DNA of 64,000 nt from Schizochytrium sp. TIO01. Its lineage: Eukaryota > Protista > Bigyra: Labyrinthulomycetes. Each line of letters opens with the position of its first letter. Positions within the stretch are counted from its first letter, which is position 1. The notes below the pieces were generated by a model, which worked only from the letters and a program-made list of their open reading frames with translations, was not told the DNA's origin and ran no database searches. This document shows positions 24,503 to 35,709 of the stretch, in pieces. A program made the translations under genes and the position numbers. The stretch is from contig SMSO01000031.1 in assembly GCA_004764695.1 (NCBI GenBank), positions 4,626,436 through 4,690,435 of the forward strand, written 5' to 3'.

Positions 24503-25468
24503 ATGGCAAACTCTGAAACCCTTGATATGAGGCTGCTATCTGCAAGCGCATGGGCAGAAGATAACTACTATGTCCTCATTGCAATAGGCGCAGCTCTCCT
24601 TGTACTTGCTATCCTCCTCGCAATGAAAGAAACGAGGGTACTTTTGATCGCAATATGCGCTACCATCTACCTGTGGATTGCGTTCTGGGTCTCACATTTT
24701 ATCTGCCTCATTCTTCAGCTACTATTTCTATGTACAGTGGGTTGGGCTCTTCCTAAGTATACGCGCTCCAGCGTCCTCGGACATTGTCAGCAAATTACTA
24801 TCCTACCTCTCGTAAATCTCAATCCTTTTTGGTGGGCCAAGGTTTGTAAAAAGCCATCAAATGGCATTCCCAAAGGTAGCATCATTATGTCCAACCACCT
24901 TTCTTATGTTGACAGCTGGATTGTGGCAAGTGCTATTTTCCCTGTTGCTCCTAGATTTGTGGCAATGCAAAGCTTATTCAAACTTCCGCTCTTTGGTATC
25001 GTGATGCATCTTGCTGGACACATCCCTGTTCCCTTTGTGAAGAAGTCAGACGGAAGAGAAGGACTTCCGGCTGGCGCTGGAGAGATCGTGAAGGCCAAGG
25101 CACGTGAGAGTTTGGAAATGGGTTTCCGGCTTGTGGTGTTTCCTGAAGGAGGCTTATCTCGGGATGGCACGCTTAAAGACTTTAAGATCGGGATGTTTAA
25201 TGTTGCTTTTGAAACAGGCAGTCCTATTGTTCCTGTAGGAATGTGGGGTAACTCGGGCATGTTTCCGCCTGGAAATCAGTTCGCTTTGGCACATGCAGCC
25301 CGCATGTGCATTGCTGTTGGTGACCCCATTGAACCCTCGCAATTTGAATCGCCAGAAGCTTTGCGAGACGCTGTGCATGAAGCGATTGAAACTCTTAGTA
25401 CTGGCCTTCCTAATTACAAAGCTAATAAGGCAGCTACTCAGAGGATTGTGCCTGCAGAGCTCGCGTAA
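24503..25468 (+). CDS. 1-acyl-sn-glycerol-3-phosphate acyltransferase (LPAAT/PlsC family)
   Basis: N-terminal TMs, catalytic NHLSYVD (NHx4D), VVFPEGG, FKIGMF and PIVPV motifs. Confidence 0.92.
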   Translation: MANSETLDMRLLSASAWAEDNYYVLIAIGAALLVLAILLAMKETRVLLIAICATIYLWIAFWVSHFICLILQLLFLCTVGWALPKYTRSSVLGHCQQITILPLVNLNPFWWAKVCKKPSNGIPKGSIIMSNHLSYVDSWIVASAIFPVAPRFVAMQSLFKLPLFGIVMHLAGHIPVPFVKKSDGREGLPAGAGEIVKAKARESLEMGFRLVVFPEGGLSRDGTLKDFKIGMFNVAFETGSPIVPVGMWGNSGMFPPGNQFALAHAARMCIAVGDPIEPSQFESPEALRDAVHEAIETLSTGLPNYKANKAATQRIVPAELA

Positions 25469-25922
25469 GCAACATTTATACAATGTCATCTGTTGCCAAT
25501 CGCCCGACCTCTTATCCCTATCTCAAGGATTAGAGCACGTTTTGTTTCGCCATTTTGTTTTTGTTCTTCTTCTTCCCTTTAGATGTGTTCCGTTATTGAT
25601 CTGTGTTTTTTACTTTTTTACTGCAACGTACTGCTTTTTGAAAATTTAACTGGATAACACCATATTTGTCTAAGATATTCATTCACTGTTTCAACTGCTT
25701 TGTTGACTCAGAATACTTGCTTTACTACATGATACTACAAAACGATAGGTTCGAAACTCGGAGAATCATTGGAAGTTGCAGGTGGGCTCTTTCATAGCTT
25801 AAATCAAAGCACTGAACTGGTGATGAGCTTAGAGGAGGGTTTGTTCAAAGTATTAATATTCAAAGTATTATTTGTTATAGATAGTTTTATCCGAAATATC
25901 TAAAAGAACAGACACCTTCCTC

Positions 25923-28900
25923 CTACATATTTGCCACAGCATGAGAACTAGATGTTACATGTAAACGGGGTGGCAAGTCTTCCTCACTTACTTCCATTAC
26001 CATCTCAGACTCATCAACTTCGTCATGTTTTTCAGGAGGCGACCTAGCGAGGGCCTCAAGGTTATCAACCTCTCTTCGGGTAGCACCAAAGGACGGGTCC
26101 GAGCTATTTCGTGAATAGGTTGGTAAATTACGCATAAGAGTACCTACGATCGCAGAGGTAGTAGAAGACAATGAAGCAGGGCGGGAACTGTTAGAAGACA
26201 TAATTGTTGGCCTTGAACTAGTAGAAATGGGCCGTGGGCGTGCAGATGCCAAACTTGCTGGTCGGGATGGCTTTCCACCACTGCCAGCATCTGTAAGCAA
26301 AGCCTCAAGTGCAGTACGAGCCGCAAGCAACGCTGTCCGTGCTGCAACTTCGTAATTACCTTGACGCTGGTGTCGCTCTGCTTCCCGTTGCAAGCGATAG
26401 GAAAGACCCATACAGTGTTCTACCTCAGGTGTGACCTCTAATTCGTCTATCGCTGTCTCTCTGCGTTGGCGCCTGTCACCTTGATATTCCGCGAGAATAT
26501 CATCTTCATCATCGTCCGTGTAGTCTTCTCCGTCGGACGCACTATACTCAGTGTCTGAAAAGGTATTTCGTGATCTGGTCTCCTTTTTATAAGGTAGTGA
26601 AGTTTGTAGACATTTTGTTTTTTGTTTACTCCCTTCTAATTCAATTGAAATGGCTTTACCTGTCTCACCCAAACTCTGCATGTGGCGAGAGAAATTTGCC
26701 GAAGCATGATCTGCTTTAGCGTCACAAGGTTGGCATTCCTCTCCTTCTTCTAGATCATTCAACGCAATTTCTGACATAAGTACCAGCCCACGTAGACTAT
26801 CCTGTTCAATAAGACTTGGAGTCGAGTCTATAGTTTTCCGTGTTTCAAAGTTCTTCCTACTACCGTTCTTCCTTTTAATGTCGTGACTCTCTTCGTGAGA
26901 GTTTTGGGATGGTGTCCATCGAAATCGCTTCTTACGAGACGATGATGGTTGACTGTCTCGACTTTTTCTGGAGGAACGGTACAATATAACTGACCGACTT
27001 CTCTCATAAAGTTTGACTGCAGATTCTTTGAGTGATTCTCGAATGGAGTATGCTACAAACAAAAGGAAGAAGACGTTTAGCGCAATGATTAAAACGGTAC
27101 AAATTTGCTTGAACAAGAGCATTGTATTCGGCGAAAATATTAGCATTCCACCCATAAGCGTTACAAAACAGATACCTAAGCTTAATGTCTCAACAATGTG
27201 CAAATTTGAAACAGCACTGTATGGGCGATATTGAATGTGAAGAGTTATTGATACCACGAGAACTAAGAGACCCATATAAGTCTGAATATCTACCCCAACA
27301 GGGCGAAATATAACAGAAATGGTAGCAAAGCAAGCTTTTCGAATCATAATAATAATTTCCCAGAAGAAACACTCTTTGCGATACCCAGAGTAAATGAACC
27401 CATACACAGGCCGCCATTTCTCTAAAGAATCGATCTCTTCACGCTCCCGGCGGTAACGTAGCTGCTCCAGCTCCAGCTCTCGTGCTCGATCCTCTTCATC
27501 TTGCTCTTGTCTACGCGTCTCCTGCAATTGTTCATCAATAAATTTTTGCAAGTTGACATCATATTTGTCTGCAGATTTGCGTTGAATTGGCAAATGACTA
27601 GCGCTCCCGCTTTTATTACTGCTAGCACTTTTAGCACTTATTAAACTCTGTTTCTTGCACAAAACTCGGGGGGAATTCTTCCCTGCATCTACAACCAAAT
27701 TTTGTACGAAATTACGTCCACGTTTCCTGACTACACAGTACAGTATAAATGTTGCATACAAAGGAATTCCAGCGGCATAAATGGTCAGCATAAGCGCACC
27801 AAGCACGACCCACTGCTGATGAGTCCCAACCCAGCATTGGATGGTAAATTGCGCCTCGAGGAATGATCTACCATCAATATCGTCAGAGCAAGAGAAAAAT
27901 TGAAAACCTGCCCTTGTGAGAAAGGGTTGTAATACAAGTAGCAACACAACAATGCTAACAGTGCTCTTTTCTTTCGGTGTCAAGGGATCTTCAGATGTGT
28001 CACGGTAGAGAGGCACAATAAAAGTCCACCAAAGAGCAAAAATGGCCGCTAAAATTATTGGAATGAGAGCATACGTCAAACTCTCTGCAAGAAAAGCCCA
28101 CTCAGATACCCCATAGTCATTTTCTACTCCCCAGTCGGTAGCATTGCTAGAATCTGTCACCAAGGGAAATGGGGTGGATGGATTGCTCTGATTCGTTGCA
28201 GTGGGGCTTAGAAGGCAGTGCGTGCTAAGAGCTGAACTACCTGCAGAGGATAAAACATCAAATATTTTGAACATCGAAATCATGGCTGGAGGCCACTCAA
28301 GAGGAAAACGGCGAGCCATTGCAATGATTTGCAAGTGAGAAAGGACAATTTTAAGCACCATGACTTCGCGCCTTCGTGGTGCTCCTCGGGCTCTGATTGT
28401 GCGGACAATTAAATACCCAACAGCAGCAAAACCAAAAACCATACTGAGTAAGAGAAACACCAGAGTAGACACAAATGAATCGCAAGTTCCACAGGCAGTC
28501 TCTGTGCTTAACGGGTAGTATCCAGGAGCACATTCATTGCATAATGGGCCTGTCAGGCCTTCTGCACAACCGTTCATTTGTTGAACCGGTGGCAGAATGA
28601 GGTCATCACCTTCAGCTTCATCGTCAGAGCTCGTGTTGTAAAGCTCCCTGGTAATATAATCTTCCTGTTTAGCATTTGTGGTTGTTGTTTGAAGAAATCG
28701 AGCATCACCTTCCAAAATTCGTTGCCTACGTAAACGTGTTGACGATGATGACGATGATGATGATGTGCTTCCAGAGACTCGAGTTTCGTTGTTAGGATTT
28801 GCAATAAATTTTGCCCATGCCTCAGGAATACGTAAAATATACTCATCTTCTGAGGTCACTCCAAGACAGGCTTCGGTTATGAGGCAAGCTTCAAAGTTTA

Positions 28901-31136
28901 GAACATCCCAATTAGTCCTCCAATAGCCCTGGAGTGGAAGAATGGTTGAGTTATCTCCATACCCACAAAATGCACCTGCTGGACAGGGAGTGCATGACGT
29001 TTTAGTTGCATCAGTCCAGTAGAATTCAGGTTTACAGACGCATTCATAGTCTACTACGGTGTAATCATTTCCACAAGGCACACAGTTTCTTGAAGGAGAT
29101 GATTGGTCTACAATGTAGTTATCTTGGCAGGCGTCACAAGCCGTTTGGTCTGCATTCGGTTGGTGTCCAAGAGGACAATATTTACACTTAGATGAACCCG
29201 TTTCATCTTGATACGTCCCTTGATCACATGTGCTGCAGAAGGGTGAGACTGTAAGCATTGACTCATCTCGATGCTGTCCTGCTGGGCATACCTCACATAC
29301 TTGGGATTCTGTGGTTTTACCATAGCCGGCACTACAAACACATGTGTAACCAGAAACAGGGTGAGGTTCAGAATTCGCAGTAGCACGGCAATCTCTTGCA
29401 AGCACATCAAGTGTCAATGGGGAACCTTGAATATGTGTCGAATTCCCTCCCATAGTAATCGAAACATAGTAGGTACCCTTTTGCCGTATATCTAGATCAC
29501 CGACAAATGTATTGTCAATAGGATTTCTAGCAATTGAGAGAGTTCCTGAAGAAGTCGAATTAGCAGTCAGACCGTACCAAGTAACTAAAAAGTACTCTTC
29601 CACATCATCTGCAAACTGATTCGAATCAATTCCAAACCTATCTCGTGGAACAATTGTAATTGAACTATAAGGAAGGTAAATTTGATTCGTTGTGCCTTCT
29701 GTCAAGCGTCGCCGTGCATCACCTGTAACTTCAGAGGACTCAGAAACCATACTTGTCGTCTGCCATTCATAGATAGTATTGGATGCATCAACATCACCAG
29801 GAAGAACTTCTAATTTAATGGATGAAGTAACACTGAAAACACCATCACTTTCGGCTTGTTTGAACTTTATAATAGCTGTGTATGATCCTGGTTCAATAGA
29901 AGATCCATTTATGGTAGCCACTATTTCTTCTTTATTGACGCCATCTGTGCTAATGACTTCACCATCATTAGTGCACTCAAAACTTTGTGTTAAAGATCCT
30001 GACAAAGGGTTCAGGCTAAGCCACCCAGTCTCTGTGCCAGAATTGTAAACAATCTCTGCCTCCCAGTCTATTGTTTTCACCTGCATGTTGTATAGTGCAA
30101 GTGTTTGTCGACTGATTGATCCAATTTTCATCGACCAGGTGTTCTCAGCTGGAAGTATTGAAAGGCTTGGCTCACTCACTTCCACCGTCAAATTCAGTGC
30201 TAAAGTTTGGCTCGTAATCGCTGGAGTGTCCATAACTTGCGATGCAAGCATGTTAATTATCTCTGATGCAACCTCAATACCTGTGGTGGCAAAATTTGCG
30301 GTTTCATTCAAATCTTCAGAAGGAATCATCGAAGACTTTACCAAGACATAAACATCAAGAGATCCCTGTGCTGGGGCTATCAATGCCAGCTGTGATTCGT
30401 CGGTCACCTCCGTTCCTTTTGTGTTATCAAAGAGAACCGCCCAGGTGGGAAGCTCAATATCATGAATATGTATAGGAAGATTTCCTGAATTTAAGACAGT
30501 GAATTTCGAGACTGAAGATGCGGGTAAAATCATCTGTAGGGTAGTAAGTGAAGATTCCAGTGATGCTTGTCCACATGCATCTTGGCTATCACGAACAGTC
30601 TTTTCAGCGAAGTTTGTATCTTCCTGATTGTCGATAATTACAGTTTGAGGAAGAGTCCCATCAGAATTAAACTTATCAAGTACACTCTTGCGATATGTGC
30701 AGCTACTAGATGATCTAGAGTATCGAATGCCATTCTGGCAATAAAAATCTGCTCCACCGCATGCATTACATGCAGTCCAACTATTCCCGGAGGTTTTGTA
30801 CATTCCGTTTGGGCAGACAACACATGAAAGGCCCGAACTATCCATACAAGTTCCAGCTTCCATATGGTTTAGCCAATCTTCATTGTAATATCCATCAGTG
30901 CAGCTTGAAGTGCATGCGGTTGGCGAAGGCGTAGGCCTTGCTGTTGGTTCTTTGGTTGGTTCGGGAGTGCCCAATATGGTGGGAAGGATCAGGGCCTCAG
31001 AAATCGAGACAAAACCTGGCAATATGATAGTCAGGAGAAGGATATTTATTGCATGAAATAGTACACGATGTTGAGAAATACATTTGAAATGCATTTTTCG
31101 TTGTCGGCTGTGTCTCTGTTTTAGCAGTTTCGACAT
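25923..31136 (-). CDS. Large receptor-like multi-pass membrane protein with Ig/filamin-like and Cys-rich (GCC2/GCC3, ephrin-receptor-like) repeats
   Basis: 1737 aa with a signal peptide and PT stalk, beta-sandwich segments (WLSLNPLSGSL; HIQGSPLTLDV) and repeated CxxCPxG units. The CPAGAFC...GYWR...C...GPLCNECAPGYY module precedes about 9 TM helices (YGFIYSGYRKECFFWE; RPY) and a long disordered tail. Confidence 0.82.
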   Translation of the reverse strand: MSKLLKQRHSRQRKMHFKCISQHRVLFHAINILLLTIILPGFVSISEALILPTILGTPEPTKEPTARPTPSPTACTSSCTDGYYNEDWLNHMEAGTCMDSSGLSCVVCPNGMYKTSGNSWTACNACGGADFYCQNGIRYSRSSSSCTYRKSVLDKFNSDGTLPQTVIIDNQEDTNFAEKTVRDSQDACGQASLESSLTTLQMILPASSVSKFTVLNSGNLPIHIHDIELPTWAVLFDNTKGTEVTDESQLALIAPAQGSLDVYVLVKSSMIPSEDLNETANFATTGIEVASEIINMLASQVMDTPAITSQTLALNLTVEVSEPSLSILPAENTWSMKIGSISRQTLALYNMQVKTIDWEAEIVYNSGTETGWLSLNPLSGSLTQSFECTNDGEVISTDGVNKEEIVATINGSSIEPGSYTAIIKFKQAESDGVFSVTSSIKLEVLPGDVDASNTIYEWQTTSMVSESSEVTGDARRRLTEGTTNQIYLPYSSITIVPRDRFGIDSNQFADDVEEYFLVTWYGLTANSTSSGTLSIARNPIDNTFVGDLDIRQKGTYYVSITMGGNSTHIQGSPLTLDVLARDCRATANSEPHPVSGYTCVCSAGYGKTTESQVCEVCPAGQHRDESMLTVSPFCSTCDQGTYQDETGSSKCKYCPLGHQPNADQTACDACQDNYIVDQSSPSRNCVPCGNDYTVVDYECVCKPEFYWTDATKTSCTPCPAGAFCGYGDNSTILPLQGYWRTNWDVLNFEACLITEACLGVTSEDEYILRIPEAWAKFIANPNNETRVSGSTSSSSSSSSTRLRRQRILEGDARFLQTTTTNAKQEDYITRELYNTSSDDEAEGDDLILPPVQQMNGCAEGLTGPLCNECAPGYYPLSTETACGTCDSFVSTLVFLLLSMVFGFAAVGYLIVRTIRARGAPRRREVMVLKIVLSHLQIIAMARRFPLEWPPAMISMFKIFDVLSSAGSSALSTHCLLSPTATNQSNPSTPFPLVTDSSNATDWGVENDYGVSEWAFLAESLTYALIPIILAAIFALWWTFIVPLYRDTSEDPLTPKEKSTVSIVVLLLVLQPFLTRAGFQFFSCSDDIDGRSFLEAQFTIQCWVGTHQQWVVLGALMLTIYAAGIPLYATFILYCVVRKRGRNFVQNLVVDAGKNSPRVLCKKQSLISAKSASSNKSGSASHLPIQRKSADKYDVNLQKFIDEQLQETRRQEQDEEDRARELELEQLRYRREREEIDSLEKWRPVYGFIYSGYRKECFFWEIIIMIRKACFATISVIFRPVGVDIQTYMGLLVLVVSITLHIQYRPYSAVSNLHIVETLSLGICFVTLMGGMLIFSPNTMLLFKQICTVLIIALNVFFLLFVAYSIRESLKESAVKLYERSRSVILYRSSRKSRDSQPSSSRKKRFRWTPSQNSHEESHDIKRKNGSRKNFETRKTIDSTPSLIEQDSLRGLVLMSEIALNDLEEGEECQPCDAKADHASANFSRHMQSLGETGKAISIELEGSKQKTKCLQTSLPYKKETRSRNTFSDTEYSASDGEDYTDDDEDDILAEYQGDRRQRRETAIDELEVTPEVEHCMGLSYRLQREAERHQRQGNYEVAARTALLAARTALEALLTDAGSGGKPSRPASLASARPRPISTSSRPTIMSSNSSRPASLSSTTSAIVGTLMRNLPTYSRNSSDPSFGATRREVDNLEALARSPPEKHDEVDESEMVMEVSEEDLPPRLHVTSSSHAVANM

Positions 31137-32388
31137 TGCATGCGATGCTTTATGACTTTATCCTTTCCCTAGAGTCGTTTGTTTCTCTATGTACTGCTTT
31201 AAAATACAAGACAATGTGCACTATTATAAATTCTACATCAATAGCAGAGCTCGAGCCAAGAAAGTATGAGGACTTGAAGTCAATCGGTCAAATACTTTTG
31301 CAGGTTTGTCTTGCTTCGACCCTTTACAGGTATTCTTAAAGAATCTTTAAGAATTTGGATGGACTGTTTCTCCTTATCATTGATCTCTAGCGAAGCCAGA
31401 AAGTGATGCTACTATACCATTTAATGCGTTTCTTAACCTTCCAAACAGGCTTTTCAAATAAGAGCAACATAAACATACATAGAGTGCTCATGAGAGGTTC
31501 ATGTTAAGTTTTCATAAACTTTTATTGTTAATTAAACATATAGTGAAAACTATAGAACTATTGGGCCTGATGAGGCGGACATTCTTGGGGAGCACATCAT
31601 TTTGTGAATAAGGATAACTGGCTGGTTGGTCCATGGATCCTTATACCGTACACATATCTGGATCGTAAAAAATCGTAGCATTGCTCGACTTTTCCAAAGT
31701 CGCCCATGTATGTCACACCACACGGAAAAAGTTGTTTCAAAATGTAAAATGTAAAATGTAAAATTAAAAAAAAAAAAAACGAAAACGAAAACCCTGAGGT
31801 CAAAACGATAGTTTTCACACCATAACGAGGTACCCACTGGACCTGCGTAGTCTATATTCTCAAGCTCAACAGGCTTTTAAAATCAACGCACCGAGAGTTG
31901 TCCCGAGAATCCATGCCTTTTACTTCCGTAACTTGTTCTGGGAGTCGGCAAGCCCGATGTGGTGGTGCCTAGTATCTGGCCAAGGCAAGTGGATAGCTTT
32001 TATAGTAGAACGGCTCTTTTGGAGACTAGGTGGTTCAAGTGAAATTGACAGAAACCGAGTAGGTGACAAAAACTTGGTGACTGGGATAAGGAGTACAATG
32101 AGAGCACTAGATCACTACAGATTTTAGTCAAGACCCCAGAGTGTCTCCGACAAGGGGTCTTCTGAACGGCTTTTGCTGTTTTTAAAGCATGCGACACCAA
32201 CATTGGGCTGAGGTAAGCTATTGTCTACTATCGCATGTTCTTTGGTATTTAAATGGCCTGCTTCCAGAGCTGCTTTGATTAAAAAACTCTGCTTTTGTTG
32301 ATCCAGAATGTCCCCAATGGTGATGTCCGTCGTCGTTGCCGTAGTAGCAGCGTCAACTTCAAAACTAGCCATTGAGTTCTCAAATCCA

Positions 32389-33902
32389 CTACAGCTCTGG
32401 AGATACTGAATCTCGTCTTTCATAGGAATTCCCTTGTCTCTTCAAGTCGTTTACATCTTCGAACTGATTTGACGTAATGTCTGTGTTCTGCACTGATTTC
32501 ACCTTTACTTGAAGGGATTGAACAGATACCATCTCGATTTTGTTTAAGTGGACATCAGTGTGCGGATTAAAAGGTGTAACATCCCCATGGAAACGCTCAC
32601 AAAGCTGTCTGCACACATGCAGACGTGAAGTGCTTATGTGCTCAGGATGCAAACCTGGTACCATTCCGCAAAATGCATAGTAAAAGGAGTTTCCGCAAGA
32701 CCAAGAACTTGACTCGGGATGAGAGGGGTCTGCGCATGCCGTCATAGCCATATCTGTACTTCATTTCTAAAGGTCAGTCAAACTTGGCACCACGAATAAG
32801 GATGTTTTGAAACTAAGATTTGCCAAACTTTGGGGTCAAGCCAACCTAAGCCAAAGATCAAACAAATTTAGGAAGTAAACTTACAGAATGGGTTGCGCGC
32901 GGGTGCTAGCAAAAAAGATACTTTGAGGAGGCTGCGGAGAATCAATAGCTCTCCACGGACGTCTGAAAAATCATTTGCTTGAGTAAATATACAAGGAAGT
33001 CTGGTGTCACGGATATACTCAAGATCTGAAAACCAGCTTTCGAGCAAGCCTGGTGCACCAGAACCAAACCCAGGATTGAAACCAATAAGTAGTGTGGCAG
33101 ATTTTGCGAAAGGGAGTTGACGCACTAGTTCTGGTTTTGTGTTCATAAGAAAGTCTTTTATTCCTCCTTGCCAGCAATTTTGTAGTTGTGTATGTTTGTT
33201 CTTGCCTTTATGTTGATTTCTTGAAGGTTTCTCTGCAGTATCATTCTTTTGAAACGGGCCCTCAAGTTCTGGACCGACAAACCATAGTCTACATGTTTTC
33301 CCGTATCCATGAAAATGACGCTGAATTTCTCCCCAGTATGAAGTTTCGCGCAGCAACCTGACTTCTGCTTTGTAGGTAGCTCCCATGATAATTAGGTCAA
33401 TCTCTTCAACGTTGTGCCACAGAGGCCGAAGCTTTTCTAGTGCGAAGATTGCTGTCAACGGATAGGAAAGCCCATCAATCAAAGAAAGATCTTTCCTCGC
33501 CTTTGCAACTGCGCTGATATGCCCACATCTCTTCGCGAGAAACCCGGACCAGCCTTCCTGCACATTAGCAAGTTTCTCGTCTTTGTTTTGCCTGTCGTCC
33601 TCACTGGCATCTTTCGAAGCGCTGACATCATAACAAGAAGACTTCCGAACAACCTCTAACGAAGCGAGAGAGGGAAGAACTTTACTCTTAGACCAGCGAA
33701 AGGTTCCAACACACGCGTCGGCGTCTATCTCTGAGTCCAAAGCAAGCATGGTTGTTTTTTTAAAGTCTGCTTCTTCTGAAAAGTCTTCATGATCATCCGT
33801 CCGTTGAAACTGATTAAGCCCCCTATGGGTTGCTAGCTTGAAGGTAATAATAAGAGGGCTAAGAGGGCTCGTGGTCATTGATGACCACCTCGTTTCTCTC
33901 AT
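32389..33902 (-). CDS. MSS51-like C-terminal-domain protein, two exons (intron 32754-32884)
   Basis: Motifs GLSYPLT, IIMGATYKAE, LWFVGPE, GFNPGFG..W, PCIFT and RNPF. A GTAAGT donor at 32884, TGACTGAC branch site and TACAG acceptor at 32754 join NPF in frame to YMAMTAC...WSCGNSFYY. The start may be ATG 33749. Confidence 0.65.
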
Positions 33903-34092
33903 TAGTATTATCTTGTTGTAGAATTGTAAATTTTAATCTGAGAGCGCATCATTGTCAACTTAGCTGAGCTCTACTAGATTTCTTTCTCTTCTAGATCGGT
34001 CCTCGTAAACTACTTATGTTTCTACTTATAAATTAAGTGTCTAGAACGTGCTGGGAACAAATGGGAAGAATAGAATATTTCTTGTTTTGAAT

Positions 34093-34869
34093 TTATACAT
34101 TTGCGATGATTTCTTCATCATCATCATATTCATAATCACTTTCCTCATCGTCATACACGCCTGCAAATGTATCATGGTTCTCAACCTCCCTGCCAGAAAA
34201 CCCTTCATTTGCAATATCGTATGGACTCTCTTGCCATGTTGAGGAAGTAGTGTCTCGAAGTTGATCATCTTCAGGCAGGTACGCTGTCGAGGAATCAAAT
34301 TGATCTTCGTCTTGCATACGTGAAGAGTAAGTCATTTCTGGAATGTCTTCGCCTTCTAAATCATCGCAAGCTGGTCGAGGTAACTGAAACGGAGCTGGGC
34401 CACGCTTGGGTACACTAAGGTCACTAAAGTTGATCTCACGCAGGTCCATATTGTCTGTTGGAAACTCGTACTCAGATCCTACAAGCGTACGCATACTTGG
34501 CTTAGGCCTGTCATGCACATATGGAAACCCATCTCTCCTTTTGATCAGAAGATCTTGCTGCCGGCCAGTTTCCCTCCTGTGTGCCTCAATATCGTCCCAG
34601 ATTGTTTCAAGACTCTGCTGTGTCTTAGCAATGTTGTGGGCTTGAGCTTGAATCTCCGTAGAAACTGCTTCGGCACAGAGTCTCACATGTTCTGCCAGGG
34701 CTCGGAGTGTTTCTACTGCATAATGCTGTAGTTCTTTTGTCACGGCTGCATCTTTGCCTTCCCGACGCCCTTTTGTGGCTTCAGCTCCGTATTGTGCTAC
34801 ATCTTCTGCATGGGCTCCAAGGCCTCGCAGGTCTTCGAGTGCACCAAGCAAAGTCTCCGTCTGGCTCAT
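34093..34869 (-). CDS. ABI/ABIL-like (Abl-interactor, SCAR/WAVE complex) coiled-coil protein
   Basis: N-terminal helical pattern ALEDLRGL..AEDVAQY...ELQHYAVETLRALAEHV...VSTEIQAQ resembles the Abi N-terminal region. The tail is acidic and Tyr-rich, with no SH3 domain. Confidence 0.5.
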   Translation of the reverse strand: MSQTETLLGALEDLRGLGAHAEDVAQYGAEATKGRREGKDAAVTKELQHYAVETLRALAEHVRLCAEAVSTEIQAQAHNIAKTQQSLETIWDDIEAHRRETGRQQDLLIKRRDGFPYVHDRPKPSMRTLVGSEYEFPTDNMDLREINFSDLSVPKRGPAPFQLPRPACDDLEGEDIPEMTYSSRMQDEDQFDSSTAYLPEDDQLRDTTSSTWQESPYDIANEGFSGREVENHDTFAGVYDDEESDYEYDDDEEIIANV

Positions 34870-35709
34870 GAGGCAGAAAGGTCCTTACTGCTAACACGCT
34901 TCCCAGTTTGTCTTTGTTGCCCATCGTCTAAAATTGTAGCATCTCTCTCACCGTTCCTTAGAGTGAAGCAACTATATGTCCCATACTGTTTTTACTCCTA
35001 TGGTTGATGTTAAATGGATGATAATAAGAACTCACAAAATGACCGACAAGCTGATCTTGTTTTCTCTAATCCCCAAATCGTTACAGAAAGAATCATTTGT
35101 CTTAGGTATGCTGATTCAAGACTAATTCGTCACTAATAAAAGGGGAATAGCAAATATATGATGAATAATCAGTCTGAGGTAGTGACAGTTATCATCCATA
35201 CCATATTGTCTTCTCGAGATTTGCAAATAGATATATAATTTCTTGAATGTATTGATTCCTTATCATTAACAAACAAAAGTTGTATTCAATCAAATCCTTA
35301 ATTTAAGCCCATCGCCTCCGTATTTCGCGCCAGCAGAATGAAGCCTTTTCTCAACTCACTCGCAGGAGATAGCTAGGCACTGTCCTTCACAGCCAACCCA
35401 TATCAAACGAATCTCGAGAAAACTTTGAGAGATTAAAATCAGCAGAGATGTACCCTTCTATCCTAAACCATAGGCTGATTCTATACTCCAGAAGAAAGAA
35501 AGAAAGATAAAAGCAAATTTTGGAGTAAAGTAGAGCAAAGCTAAGCGAAGAAAGCCAAACAAACATCCCACCGCATTGCACATCTGCAGGCGGACGGCAA
35601 CCACTTCTGCGCATCCATACACGTCTCTGATTTGGTTACTTCTGAGACTGCGGAAGCGCGGAGCAAAGTTGCACGAGGGCGACGAAAATAGCGGAGAAGA
35701 GAACAGAGA

